A stretch of 64,000 nucleotides of DNA from Bacteroidota bacterium (GTDB lineage: Bacteria > Bacteroidota > Bacteroidia > AKYH767-A > OLB10). The stretch spans positions 28,098 to 92,097 of the forward strand of contig JAGVTU010000003.1 of NCBI GenBank assembly GCA_019136655.1. The letters are read 5' to 3'. Made by a program: the position numbers and the translations under genes. Below the pieces are notes generated by a model. That model searched no databases and was not told the origin of the DNA. It saw only the letters and a list, made by a program, of their open reading frames with translations. Below are positions 19,344-30,500 of the stretch, piece by piece. Each line of letters starts with the position of its first letter. Position 1 is the stretch's first letter.

Positions 19344-20342
19344 ATGCATTTAGTTACTGGTGCCACAGGGCTTCTTGGTTCACAACTTACACTCGACCTC
19401 ATGCGTCAGGGTAAGCAGGTGCGTGTGCTGGTACGTAAAAATTCAAACCGTGATTTGCTGAAACATAAATTCAGAAAAGAAGAAAAGTTATACGAAGCTA
19501 TTCAGTTTGCAGAAGGTGATTTGCTTGACTTTTTCAGTCTGGAAGAAGCATTAGATGGAATAACACATGTGTATCATTGTGCTGCACTGGTAAATTTTGC
19601 TCCGGGAAAACGAAAAGAGTTATTTAAAACAAATGCAGAAGGCACTGAAAACTTAGTTAACGTTTGTCTTGAAAAACCTGAAGTGCGATTGGCTTATGTG
19701 AGTTCCGTTGCAACACTGGGTCGTGGAAATTCAGAACAGCAAACCGATGAAAACACTTTATGGGACAGCTCACAGCGAAACAGCGCCTATGCCGAAAGCA
19801 AATATGCAGCAGAGCGCGAAGTGTGGAGAGGAATTACCGAAGGATTGAATGCAGTTATCATCAACCCCTCTGTTATTCTGGGCGAAGGAAACTGGCGTAA
19901 CGATTCTTCTTCGCTTATACGAAAAGTGTATGAAGGTATGCCGTTTTTTACCAAAGGCGTATCGGGGTTTGTAGATGCAAAAGATGTCAGCCGAAGTTTG
20001 ATTGCTTTGATGGAAAGTAATATCCACTCCGAAAGATTTATTGTAAGTGCAGAAAACAAAAGCTATGAGTGGCTGCTGAAAACGATTGCAAAAAATCTGA
20101 ATGTGAGTCCTCCGCGTTTTCATGCAACACCTTTTTTAAGCGGTTTGGCATGGAGAATGGAAAAACTGCGATCACTGTTTAGCGGCAAGCCCACACTCAT
20201 CACCCGTGAAACCACCTACAGTGCTCAGCAGAAATATTTATACAGCCATCAGAAAATATCACAGGCACTGAACTTTTCTTTTACTCCTTTGGAACGCACC
20301 CTCGAAGAGCTGTGTGCTTTGTACCTGCAACAACGCAAATAA
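19344..20342 (+). CDS. NAD-dependent epimerase/dehydratase family (extended SDR)
   Basis: VTGATGLLGSQL Rossmann motif. A YxxxK catalytic dyad (YAESK) is present. The ATG at 19344 is preferred over the TTG at 19323. Confidence 0.75.
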   Translation: MHLVTGATGLLGSQLTLDLMRQGKQVRVLVRKNSNRDLLKHKFRKEEKLYEAIQFAEGDLLDFFSLEEALDGITHVYHCAALVNFAPGKRKELFKTNAEGTENLVNVCLEKPEVRLAYVSSVATLGRGNSEQQTDENTLWDSSQRNSAYAESKYAAEREVWRGITEGLNAVIINPSVILGEGNWRNDSSSLIRKVYEGMPFFTKGVSGFVDAKDVSRSLIALMESNIHSERFIVSAENKSYEWLLKTIAKNLNVSPPRFHATPFLSGLAWRMEKLRSLFSGKPTLITRETTYSAQQKYLYSHQKISQALNFSFTPLERTLEELCALYLQQRK

Positions 20343-20344
20343 AA

Positions 20345-20836
20345 TTATTTTCTCACATAAGCAATGTAATCCATTTGCTCAAAAGTGGTGTGTCCTGCAT
20401 TGCGCAGCATGGTTACCAGTTGTCCGCGATGATAGCTTCCATGATTTACAAAGTGCACAACTATATCTTGGATGCTGTTTGAAAATTCAATTCCCTTGGT
20501 GTTTTTATATGTTATTTTCTGTTGCAAAACTTCTTCCTTCATCGAATGAATTAAATCTCTGAAGGCAACACTGTCATCAATTAACAATTTACATAATGCA
20601 GCAAGATTTTCGGGGTAACCTCCTTCCGGATGACCGCTGTATGGTTCATTCTTCAACCTCATCTGCCACACTTTTCCTGAGTTGTAAATATGTTCAACCG
20701 TTTTTCTGACACTGCTGAAGCTGCTTTTCTGTTCTAAATCAGCAGCAGTATTACCTGCCTGCAACACTGCTTTTGTTATCCGTTCATTGGCCCAAATGTT
20801 ATACGCCAAAAGGTTGATGAGCATTTCTTTGTTCAT
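20345..20836 (-). CDS. DinB family protein
   Basis: Four-helix-bundle DinB/YfiT-like, with conserved His residues (HIYNS...HFVNHGSYHRGQ). Confidence 0.65.
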   Translation of the reverse strand: MNKEMLINLLAYNIWANERITKAVLQAGNTAADLEQKSSFSSVRKTVEHIYNSGKVWQMRLKNEPYSGHPEGGYPENLAALCKLLIDDSVAFRDLIHSMKEEVLQQKITYKNTKGIEFSNSIQDIVVHFVNHGSYHRGQLVTMLRNAGHTTFEQMDYIAYVRK

Positions 20837-20871
20837 GATAATAATTTTTTATCCCCTCTAAATTACAGATA

Positions 20872-21429
20872 TTGTTTATACAATTATCTTTAGGGCAAAA
20901 TTTTAATATGCAGATACTTCCTCCATTACCAGAAAATCTTTCTACATATTACCGTAATTATTTGCGCTATATGAAGGAAGTGGACATGTTGCAGGCTTTG
21001 CAAAATGCGTCTGATGAAATAGAATTTTTTCTGCGTTCGGTTCCTCCCGAAAAAGAGAATTTTGCTTATGGCCCCGGCAAGTGGATGCTGAAAGAAGTTG
21101 TCGGACATTTATGTGATGCAGAGCGCATACTCACTTACCGTGCCTTACGTTTTGCACGCAATGATAAAACACCTTTGGCAGGTTTTGAAGAAAACGATTA
21201 TGTGGCTTTTTCAAATTTAAAATCGCGTACTATGCAAAGTATAGGCATTGAATATCTGATAGTGCGCGAATCGTCCATTGCATTTTTTAATTCGCTTGAC
21301 GAGTCTGACTTTGACAGAGCCGGTGAAGCAAATAATAATAAAGTTACTGTGAGAGATTTGTTGTTTTTTATTATAGCTCATCAACGTCATCACTTTGCTA
21401 TAATTAAAGAACGTTATCTTGGTCATTGA
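20872..21429 (+). CDS. DinB_2 (DUF664)-like protein
   Basis: Motifs HLCDAERI and H.RHH. The likely true start is the M at 20908. Confidence 0.55.
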   Translation: MFIQLSLGQNFNMQILPPLPENLSTYYRNYLRYMKEVDMLQALQNASDEIEFFLRSVPPEKENFAYGPGKWMLKEVVGHLCDAERILTYRALRFARNDKTPLAGFEENDYVAFSNLKSRTMQSIGIEYLIVRESSIAFFNSLDESDFDRAGEANNNKVTVRDLLFFIIAHQRHHFAIIKERYLGH

Positions 21430-21457
21430 TTTTTTATTTACCTCCACTTAAACAGGT

Positions 21458-23584
21458 TTGCCCGCAGTGAAAGCGAACAAGCAGTTTTTTTATAGCATTA
21501 TACTCATCCTCATAGCCTGGTTGGGTTATTATGAAATATCGTTTTTCCGTCATACGCTGAAGTGGGATGTAATTGATCAGTATTATCCGTGGCGCATGTA
21601 TGTGGTACAGTGTCTTCGCAATGGTTTTTGGCCGTTGTGGAATCCTTATGAACAGTTTGGTTATCCCATGCATGCCGATCCGCAAAGTGGTGTGTGGTAT
21701 CCTGTGGTGTGGTTGTTTTCGTTGTTTGGGCCTTACACTCTTTACAGTGTGCAATTGGAATTTATGTTGCACGTGGCTCTGGGTGGTGTTGGAATGTTGC
21801 TGTTTCTTCAAAAAGCAGGCATACAACAGAAGGTGAGTTTTTTTCTTGCTGTATGTTATATGTTTTGTGGTTTATTTATCGGCAATGCACAACACCTCAC
21901 CTTTACAGTTGCTGCCTGCTGGATTCCTTTTATGCTTTATTCTTTTATTCAGCTGACACAAACTCCGGGAGTAAAACATGCTGCACAATTTGCTTTATTC
22001 GGTTATCTGCTGTTGTCGGGAGGATATCCGGCTTTTGCAATTATTTTATTCTATATCCTGATTGCATGCACACTGATTCTGCTGTTTACAAAACGAAATA
22101 ATACCACATGGATAAAACAATTCTTAATTTATTCTTTTGTTGCTGTTGTATTGTTGGTGCTAGCATCTTCTGCCCTGCTTTACAGTGTGTGGCAAAGCTC
22201 TGATTATCTTGCACGTGCTGAAGGTTTAAGTTATAAAGTAGCTTCCTTCGGGCCATATTCACCACAATCGTTGCTATCGTTTTTCTTCCCACTGGCATCG
22301 GCCAAGGAGTTTGCTTTCTTTGATACTGACATCAGCATGTCGTCCACCTATGTTGGGCTGATTGCTTTTGCGGGGTTTGTTGCCTTTTTGTTTTCATCCA
22401 AATCGCGCTGGCAATGGCTGTTACTTGTTGCAACACTGCTTGTTGCACTAACTGCTTTTGGCAAATATACTCCCGTACATAAACTGGTTTATTCATTTGT
22501 GCCGATGATGGATTTGTTCCGGTTTCCGTCAGTGTTTCGTCTTTACATTATTATTGGTGTGTTGATGATGGCAGGATATTATTTTTCTGCAAACTTTAAT
22601 GCTATTACTGTCAGAAAAATATTAGTGGTATTCCTGATTATTATATTTCCGGTTTCTGTTTATTTGTTTTTATCGTCAGGAAATTTTCCTCCATTCACAG
22701 GATGGAATTCTTTTATCACTGCTTTATCACTCAAACAGTCATTTGTTTTTCAGGGATTTTTTCAGTGTCTGGTCATAGGCTTGTTTCTTTTGTTGCTGTA
22801 CAAAAGCAAACAGGATACCAATTTAAGAAAATGGTTATTCGTAGCAGGCATTGCCGAAGTAATGATTGCTGCACAGTTTAATATTCCCATCACTGCTATA
22901 AATGAAAATAAAACAAAACAAACAGCAGAAGAACTACATCAGAATGCTGTTGAAGATTTTCGTCTTCCTGATATCAGACCTATGATTCTGAATAATGATT
23001 CGGGAGGATATGTTTCACCCTTTTGGCGCAATCTTAATTTATTCAAAAAACAACCTGCATGGGATGGTTATAATTCATTTCAGCTTAAAAACTATATCCG
23101 CTTTGTTGATGATGAACGTTTGCGCAACTCACAGCTGCAAAACAACTGGTTGTTTTATTCCGACTCTGTAATTTTCTTTTATGATTCAATTATTGTAGCA
23201 GATGTGCAACACAGAAAATTAGTATTTATCAACGACTCCAACCGCAAAGATATTTCTGTAATTAAACCGGGTGATAATTCTCTTAAGCTTACTGAATTTA
23301 ATCCTGAAATCATTCAGGTACAGACAGAAGTTCATAATGCTACATTACTCACACTTATGCAGCAATATTATCACGGCTGGAAAATTTATGTTGATGGACA
23401 AGAGCGAAAACCGTTTGTAAGTGATTATCTGTTTATGAGTGTTCCACTTAAACAGGGTGACACAAAGGTTGAATTCCGTTATGAAAACAAACCCGTTAAA
23501 ACCGCAGCAAAAGTTTCGTTTGCGACACTGCTGATACTTGCTGCAACATGGATAGGACTTTCTTTTAAAGGCAAGAAAAACTAA
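21458..23584 (+). CDS. YfhO family polytopic membrane protein
   Basis: More than 12 TM helices in a protein of about 700 aa with a C-terminal extracytoplasmic domain. This is the typical YfhO glycosyl-transferase-like architecture. The TTG/GTG start is uncertain. Confidence 0.55.
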   Translation: MPAVKANKQFFYSIILILIAWLGYYEISFFRHTLKWDVIDQYYPWRMYVVQCLRNGFWPLWNPYEQFGYPMHADPQSGVWYPVVWLFSLFGPYTLYSVQLEFMLHVALGGVGMLLFLQKAGIQQKVSFFLAVCYMFCGLFIGNAQHLTFTVAACWIPFMLYSFIQLTQTPGVKHAAQFALFGYLLLSGGYPAFAIILFYILIACTLILLFTKRNNTTWIKQFLIYSFVAVVLLVLASSALLYSVWQSSDYLARAEGLSYKVASFGPYSPQSLLSFFFPLASAKEFAFFDTDISMSSTYVGLIAFAGFVAFLFSSKSRWQWLLLVATLLVALTAFGKYTPVHKLVYSFVPMMDLFRFPSVFRLYIIIGVLMMAGYYFSANFNAITVRKILVVFLIIIFPVSVYLFLSSGNFPPFTGWNSFITALSLKQSFVFQGFFQCLVIGLFLLLLYKSKQDTNLRKWLFVAGIAEVMIAAQFNIPITAINENKTKQTAEELHQNAVEDFRLPDIRPMILNNDSGGYVSPFWRNLNLFKKQPAWDGYNSFQLKNYIRFVDDERLRNSQLQNNWLFYSDSVIFFYDSIIVADVQHRKLVFINDSNRKDISVIKPGDNSLKLTEFNPEIIQVQTEVHNATLLTLMQQYYHGWKIYVDGQERKPFVSDYLFMSVPLKQGDTKVEFRYENKPVKTAAKVSFATLLILAATWIGLSFKGKKN

Positions 23585-23686
23585 CTGGTCTTTATCAGTA
23601 ATTAACAACACGTTTTTTAATCTTAATAAAATGTACATGTTATGTTTCTGTGATGATGACCTATATTTGTCATTCACATTCATCAA

Positions 23687-24715
23687 ATGAAAAATTTTCT
23701 GTTGATATTCTTTCTTCTGTCGTGCATGTCGCTCTCTGCACAAACAGAAATGCACACAACTGCTGAGCCACAATCGCTGGTTAAGTGGATGACTTTGAAA
23801 GAGGCGGAGACACATTACAAAGAAGTACCTAAACCTATAATCATTGATTTTTATACAGAATGGTGTGGCTGGTGTAAGGTGATGATGAAAAACACCTATT
23901 CCAATCCGGGTATTGCATCTTACATCAATGCCAACTTCTACCCTGTGAAATTTGATGCAGAAACAAAAGACACAGTGGAATTTGATGGTGTGAAATATGC
24001 TCCCACAGGAAAGGAAAAACGCGACCCAAATGAGTTTGCAGTAAAAATGCTGAATGGCAAAATGGTTTATCCTTCAACATTGTTTCTGAATAAAGCAGCC
24101 AACTTCAATATGTCGGCACAGGGTTATCTCGAACCACAAAAAATAGAACCTATGCTGGTGTTTGTTCTTGAAAACGCTTTTCGCAGTTCGACATTTGATG
24201 ATTTTAAGAACAATTTCGAAAAAGCATTTTATGATTCAACACAACAGGCACTTTATGAAAAAGTAAAATGGAAAACACCTTTGGAGTCATTTGCAGAAAA
24301 CCAAAAACCCTCCGGGAAAAAACGAATTGTGTTTGTTCATACTGAATGGTGCAACACATGCAGGGTGATGTACCGAACTACTTTTGCCGATTCAAGTCTG
24401 CAAACTTATCTCAACAAGAAATTTGATCTGGTAGATTTTAATCCTGAAAATAAAGATGTGTTGTATTTCGAAGGTAAAAGTTATCAAAACCAACCCACAC
24501 GCGAAATGCCTTTTCATCAATTGGTTTACACCCTCGACCGCAAAGCATTCGCATTACCACAAATGGTTATTTTGGATGACAAAGACGCTATTCTCGATGT
24601 GATTTCATTCTACATTGCACCCGATGTGTTTGATGATATCATTCACTACTATGGTGACGACCGTTATAAGAACACTAAGTGGGAAGATTTTCAGAAAGAA
24701 AGAAAGGGAAAATAG
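23687..24715 (+). CDS. secreted thioredoxin-fold protein with two TRX-like modules
   Basis: Signal peptide. Two thioredoxin-like modules carry CxxC motifs WCGWC and WCNTC. Confidence 0.6.
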   Translation: MKNFLLIFFLLSCMSLSAQTEMHTTAEPQSLVKWMTLKEAETHYKEVPKPIIIDFYTEWCGWCKVMMKNTYSNPGIASYINANFYPVKFDAETKDTVEFDGVKYAPTGKEKRDPNEFAVKMLNGKMVYPSTLFLNKAANFNMSAQGYLEPQKIEPMLVFVLENAFRSSTFDDFKNNFEKAFYDSTQQALYEKVKWKTPLESFAENQKPSGKKRIVFVHTEWCNTCRVMYRTTFADSSLQTYLNKKFDLVDFNPENKDVLYFEGKSYQNQPTREMPFHQLVYTLDRKAFALPQMVILDDKDAILDVISFYIAPDVFDDIIHYYGDDRYKNTKWEDFQKERKGK

Positions 24716-24721
24716 TTTTTT

Positions 24722-25963
24722 TTATTTACGCAGTACAATACGAAATACAGTTCCTTTATCAGGCTCAGAACTTTTCACAAAAATATGTCCGTTGTGATAT
24801 TCTTCAACAATACGTTTGCTAAGAGAAAGGCCCAAACCCCAGCCTCGTGCTTTGGAAGTATAACCCGGCTTAAAGACCGTCTTGAATTTTGATTTAGGAA
24901 TTCCTTTACCTGTATCTGCAATATCAATGTAAACAAACTGCTGCTGATCGAGAAGTGTTACATTGATGGAACCTTCGCCATCCATGGCATCAATTGCATT
25001 TTTAAAAATATTTTCAAGTACCCATTCAAACAGTGGTACATTGAGTGGTGCAAACACCTGATGCGATTGTGCCGTGTCAAATTTGAAAGTAACTTTTGTA
25101 GAAGTGCGTGTGCTGATATAAGTAATGGTATTTTCAATCACCGTATTTACATCTTCTTTTTTCAAAACGGGAGCAGAGCCTATTTTTGAAAAACGCTCAG
25201 TGATGGTGTTCAGTCGGTTGATGTCTTTTTCAAGTTCTGCAAGATGAGCAGGGCTGCTTTCCGTAGATTTCAAATATTCCAGCCAGGCCATGAGGCTGCT
25301 GAGTGGTGTGCCTAACTGATGTGCCGTTTCTTTTGCCATGCCCACCCACACCTGATTTTGTTCGGCCTTGCGCGAAGTGCTGAACGCCAGGTAGCTTACC
25401 AATAAAAACAGGGCAATTATCCCTAACTGAAAATACGGATAGAATCGTAACTGGTAAAGTACCTTAGAGTCTTCGTAATAAATATAATTGTGTTGGTTAT
25501 TGGCAAATTCAATTTCAATAGGTTCATGCTTGCTTTTCATTTTCTGAAGCATACTTTTTAAATACTCATCACTCTGTGCTTTGGTTGTGTCCAGATTGAT
25601 ATGAGAAATTATTTTGCCTTCAGCATCGGTAAGTATAGCTGGTACAGTGTTGTTGTCCTGCAGCACCATCAGCGAAAAACTGATATCACCTGCTTCCACC
25701 GAAATATCGGCTAACTGTTTAGAAGCTTCTGCCCACAACTGTACTTTCTTGCGCTCCTCATCACTTAACTTGGTAACCAGATTATTGGTGTACCATAAGG
25801 AAGCAAGCCCTATGAGCATCGCTGCTGCCAGTAGCAACAGTTTCCATCGCTGTTTTTGTGTATAAATATTCACCCTCAGGTTAAACGAAAATATATCCGG
25901 GTAAAAATTCTTTCGATAGTAGGATGAATTACGAGTTTGATGCTGCAATAGTATAAATTTCAA
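24722..25963 (-). CDS. sensor histidine kinase (two TM)
   Basis: H-box HQLGTPLSSL. HATPase motifs (DTGKGIP, GWGLGLSLS). Confidence 0.8.
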   Translation of the reverse strand: MKFILLQHQTRNSSYYRKNFYPDIFSFNLRVNIYTQKQRWKLLLLAAAMLIGLASLWYTNNLVTKLSDEERKKVQLWAEASKQLADISVEAGDISFSLMVLQDNNTVPAILTDAEGKIISHINLDTTKAQSDEYLKSMLQKMKSKHEPIEIEFANNQHNYIYYEDSKVLYQLRFYPYFQLGIIALFLLVSYLAFSTSRKAEQNQVWVGMAKETAHQLGTPLSSLMAWLEYLKSTESSPAHLAELEKDINRLNTITERFSKIGSAPVLKKEDVNTVIENTITYISTRTSTKVTFKFDTAQSHQVFAPLNVPLFEWVLENIFKNAIDAMDGEGSINVTLLDQQQFVYIDIADTGKGIPKSKFKTVFKPGYTSKARGWGLGLSLSKRIVEEYHNGHIFVKSSEPDKGTVFRIVLRK

Positions 25964-26068
25964 CTATATAATCCAATAAATTCACGCGTAAGGTGCATTT
26001 AAATACTTTTTTTAGGTCCCCATGCAACCTCGGTTTCTATTTTTGCATCTTTAAGAATAAGAGCACGG

Positions 26069-26596
26069 ATGCTAAATGATGAACTCATACAACAATGTAA
26101 AGCGGGAGATGGCAGGGCACAGAGAAAAGTGTATGAGCTTACAGCATCAAAAATGATGGGGGTTTGCCTGCGTTACTCCAGAGACGAAGAAGAGGCGAAA
26201 GATTTAATGCAGGACGGATACATCAAGGTGTTCAGACAAATGGCCACTTTTCGTGGCGAGGGTTCTTTGGAAGGATGGATTAAAAAGGTAATCATCAACA
26301 CTGCGCTGGAAAACCTGCGCAAAAAGAAGTTGAGTTTTGAGTCGTTTGACAATCAGCCTGTTGAAATTAACGAAACAGCAATAAAAGACTCAGGACTGGA
26401 AGCAAAAGATTTACTGAAAATTATTCGGTCGCTTCCTGATGGTTATCGAACGGTGTTTAACCTTTTTGCAATTGAAGGTTACACACATCAGGAAATAGCC
26501 GAACAGTTGGGCATTTCCACCGGAACATCCAAATCGCAATTTGCACGGGCAAGACAACTCCTGCAAAAATTATTGACAGAAGAAAAAATTAAATAA
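26069..26596 (+). CDS. RNA polymerase ECF sigma-70 factor
   Basis: Regions 2 and 4 of sigma-70 (DLMQDGYIKVF...; GYTHQEIAEQLGISTGTSKSQ). 175 aa. Confidence 0.8.
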   Translation: MLNDELIQQCKAGDGRAQRKVYELTASKMMGVCLRYSRDEEEAKDLMQDGYIKVFRQMATFRGEGSLEGWIKKVIINTALENLRKKKLSFESFDNQPVEINETAIKDSGLEAKDLLKIIRSLPDGYRTVFNLFAIEGYTHQEIAEQLGISTGTSKSQFARARQLLQKLLTEEKIK

Positions 26597-26613
26597 TTCC
26601 CATCAGGGATAAA

Positions 26614-27516
26614 ATGAAAGAAGAAAAAAACATAGAGCAACTTTTTAAAGACGCTTTCAGCAATTTCGAGGCGCCTGTTGACCCTGCTTTATGGCAAAAT
26701 ATTGAAACCGCTGTTTCTTCTAACCCGGTAAATCCTGCTGATAAAGTACTTTCTACAACAGCAAATAAAGTGCTGGTGGTGAAAACTCTTTCAATGATTG
26801 CAGGTGTTGCATTGATTACAGCAGGAATATTACACTATTTCAACCGACCTGAAAAAACAGAAACGAAACCATCAGTTCCGGTTACGAAAGAAATAATCAC
26901 ACCTGCTGTTCAGCCAAAAACAGAACAAAAAGTAACCGAAACCGACCCGATACATCCTGCAGAAAAAAATAAAACAGTACAACCTGCAGAGAAAGAAATA
27001 AAGACAGAGAAAGAATCTAACATAGTTACTCCTGCTGTAAAAAAGGAAACTCCTGCTGTTGTAAATACTATCAGCAATCATCAGGAGAATACAACTGTCA
27101 ACCTGCAGGATAATAATGCTGTAAAATCAGAGTCAGTTAAAAAAACTGTTGCCCCTGCAACTCCCGCAGTAACTGAGAATAAAGTTACCGAAGCCCCAAA
27201 ACAAAACACTGTTGCAAAACCGGAAACAGTGGCTGTACCCGGACTTGGCAATACGATTTTTACTCCCAACGGTGATGGTATTGGCGATGTGTTTGAGTTT
27301 GACGACAGCTACCTGACAGAGGTAAACGTAAAAATATACAACTCCAAAAACTACAAGTTGGTGTATGAGTGGAATCAGACAGGAGGAAGCTGGGATGGAA
27401 AACTAAGGAATGGAAACGATGCCGATGAAGGAATTTATATCGTCATGATAAACGGAAAGGGTGTTGACGGAAATACATATAAATCTACCATCAAATTACA
27501 GTTAAGAAGAAATTAA
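26614..27516 (+). CDS. anti-sigma-like single-TM protein ending in a T9SS type-B (gliding-motility CHU_C) sorting domain
   Basis: Lies 17 nt after the sigma gene. One TM (IAGVALITAGILHYF). A Pro/Thr/Lys-rich linker. C-terminal FTPNGDGIGDVFEF...IYIVMINGKG matches the CHU_C/type-B CTD. Confidence 0.5.
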   Translation: MKEEKNIEQLFKDAFSNFEAPVDPALWQNIETAVSSNPVNPADKVLSTTANKVLVVKTLSMIAGVALITAGILHYFNRPEKTETKPSVPVTKEIITPAVQPKTEQKVTETDPIHPAEKNKTVQPAEKEIKTEKESNIVTPAVKKETPAVVNTISNHQENTTVNLQDNNAVKSESVKKTVAPATPAVTENKVTEAPKQNTVAKPETVAVPGLGNTIFTPNGDGIGDVFEFDDSYLTEVNVKIYNSKNYKLVYEWNQTGGSWDGKLRNGNDADEGIYIVMINGKGVDGNTYKSTIKLQLRRN

Positions 27517-27553
27517 AAATTAAAATAAGTATAACAATCAAATCAAAATCATC

Positions 27554-30500
27554 ATGTTTAAAAATCTAATACGAATAATGGCTTTGTGTCTTATAGGTAT
27601 TATGCTAAAACCGGAAACGGGTAATGCCTCACACATTGCAGCGGGTGACATATCGTACACCTATACGGGAAGTCCGAATACCTTCCTGATTAAATTGCGT
27701 TTGTATCGCGATTGTGCGGGGGTAACCATGAGCACATCAGAAAGTATTTGTTACACATCTGCTTCCTGCAATATTAACCAAACTCTGACGGTGACATTGT
27801 TACCGGGTTCAGGTCTGGAAATTCCTCCAACACCTTGTGTTCCTGCACAGGGACCATCCACTTGCAGTGGTGGTACTGCATATGGGGTTCAGGAGTACAT
27901 TTATCAGGCTGTACTGGTGATGCCTGCACAGTGTCAGGATTGGAAATTTCAGTGGGAAGTTTGCTGCCGAAATGGAAATATTACGAATCTGGTTAATCCG
28001 GACTTTTATGGTATGTATCTGGAAGCAACTATGAATAACCTTGATTATCCAACTAACAGTTCTCCATTTTTTAACACCATTCCTGTTACTCAGTTTTGTG
28101 TTAATAATCAGTTTTATTTTGATCAGGGAGCTATTGATCCAGACAATGATTCATTGAAGTTTGTATTGATTGATGCTCAGGATGCTTCAGGAGGTTGTCC
28201 TATGACTCCAACCAACCTGGCATATGTCTCACCATTATCAGGAATAAATCCTGTAGCGTCTGTTAATGGAACAACCATTAATCAATATACCGGTGTAATT
28301 TCATTCCTTCCCAATGTTCTTCAAACTCCAGTGATTGCATTACGTTGTTTTGAATATGACCGAACAACAGGAGCCCTGAAAAGTATAGTGAAACGGGAGC
28401 TGCAGATAAATATCGTAGCAACCTGTATCATCTCTACTCCGGGATTCGACAGTACATTGGCTTCAACCGGTTTGAATCTTGTGACCGGTGTTAACAATGT
28501 TAGTTGTGATGATACTGTATTTTATATTGTTATAGATCCTCCTGTTCAGTGTGGTTCGATTGTTCCATCTGATATTCGCGTACTTGACCCAAATGGTGTT
28601 CCTAACCCTGTAGTATCTGCATCAGGAGTTAATTGTGTGAATGGTTTAACAGACTCTATCAGAGTTGCTGTTCTAAATCCGATACATATTGGTACATCTT
28701 CGTTGTTTACAAAAATCGGCAATGACGGAAATACGTTCCTTAGTGAATGTGGTTCGCCTATGAATGAGTTTGATACCTTGTTTATTACGCTATATGATTC
28801 ATCAAATTATGCATTTAATCTCACCGATACATTAGACTGCAGCTTTGATCAGATAAACATCACAAGTAATCAGTTGATAGATTGTTTTACAATAGCTGCT
28901 GACGGAAGTGATTTTATTGTTGTTGATGCCAATGGTGTTAATGTTCCTGTTACAGGCGCTACTTGTGTTGGCGTCAACGGAAGTCATTTTGGTACACAAT
29001 TTATACTTACTACTGTTCCAACCAGTAACGTAGTAAGTCCATTGACGGTTATCGTACAAAACGGTAGCGACCTGAATACGATGGCCAACGGATGCGGCAC
29101 CATGGTGCTGTCAAATGATACCATAGGAACCATTTATGTAAGAAGTCAGCTGGATATAGATTTGGGTACAGACGTAACTGTTTGCTCCAGCGATCCTACT
29201 CCTCAGCTTGATGCAGGATTCTTTGCAGGAGCTACTTATGACTGGACATTAAACGGAACTTCTTTAGGACAAAATGCACAAACTATTCCTGCAAATGCTA
29301 CAGGTCAGTATATAGTAACTGTACAATCATCCGCATCATGTATTGGAACAGATACTGTTGAGGTAAATATTATTGCTGCTCCTGCAGTGAATTTGGGCAA
29401 CGATGTTCACCTCTGTGCAACCGATCCGTTCCCAACATTGGATGCCGGTAACCCGGGAGCAACATATCAGTGGTATCAGAACACTACTGCTATCCCCGGA
29501 GCAACATCACAACAATACACGCCAACTGCTGCAGGTACTTATTTTGTAGAAGTAAGTGTTGGAGCTTCATGCCTTGGCCGCGATACAGTAGAAGTAACCG
29601 TTGAACAACAGTTAAGCATCACCATGAGCGATTTAAGTTATTGCAGTGGCAATGCTGTAACATTACAATCCAGTTCACCAAATACAGGAGTAAATTATAG
29701 CTGGACTCTTGATGGAACTCCAATTGCAGGTCAAAACGGAAGTTCAGTTCCTGTAACAGGTTCCGGTGTTTATCAGGTTACTATCACTGCAGGTTCTTGT
29801 TCTGCCAATGCTTCTGCCAATGTAACAGAAGTAGAACAGCCTTCAGCAACTTTAACAGATATATCACAATGCGACAACGTAACAGCACCTGTGCTTGATC
29901 CTGGTTATGCACCGGCTGCAGGCAACAATACCGTATTCAGCTGGACATACAATGGAAACAGTGTTGGCGGAAATGATCCTACATTAAATACTGCTGCCAC
30001 CGGAGCCGGAAACTACAGTGTTACTATCACTAACACAATTAATGGTTATTCATGTACAGCCAATGCCTCTATGGAATTAACCATTAACGCTGCACCTGCA
30101 GTTGGTTTAGGTAATGATATTACACAATGTATGGGTGATAACCCTGCTACTCTTGCCACTGCAAATGGCACAGGATATACCTTTGAGTGGACATTAAACG
30201 GTAATGTAATTGGAGATGCTACTGACTCCAGCATTACTGCCACAAGCGCAGGAACATATGCAGTTATTGTTACTAATGCTAACGGATGTACAAGTACTGA
30301 CAATGCTGTTGTAAGTATTAATGCTTTACCATCTCCACTTATTCAGGATGATATGCAGCGTCAGGACAGTATTCCTTTCTGCGTGACACAAAACCCTGCA
30401 CCTGTTTTAGCACTGGTGAATAATGCCTTCATCCAAAGTTATCAGTGGACATTAAATGGTGATGACATCACTACCAATGCCAATGTAACCGTTACTGCTG

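Noticed and set aside
21573-22101. Two overlapping + strand ORFs (87 and 135 aa) within the YfhO gene region
   Set aside because: They are alternate frames of the YfhO CDS. The Cys/Trp-rich translations are frame-shadow artifacts.
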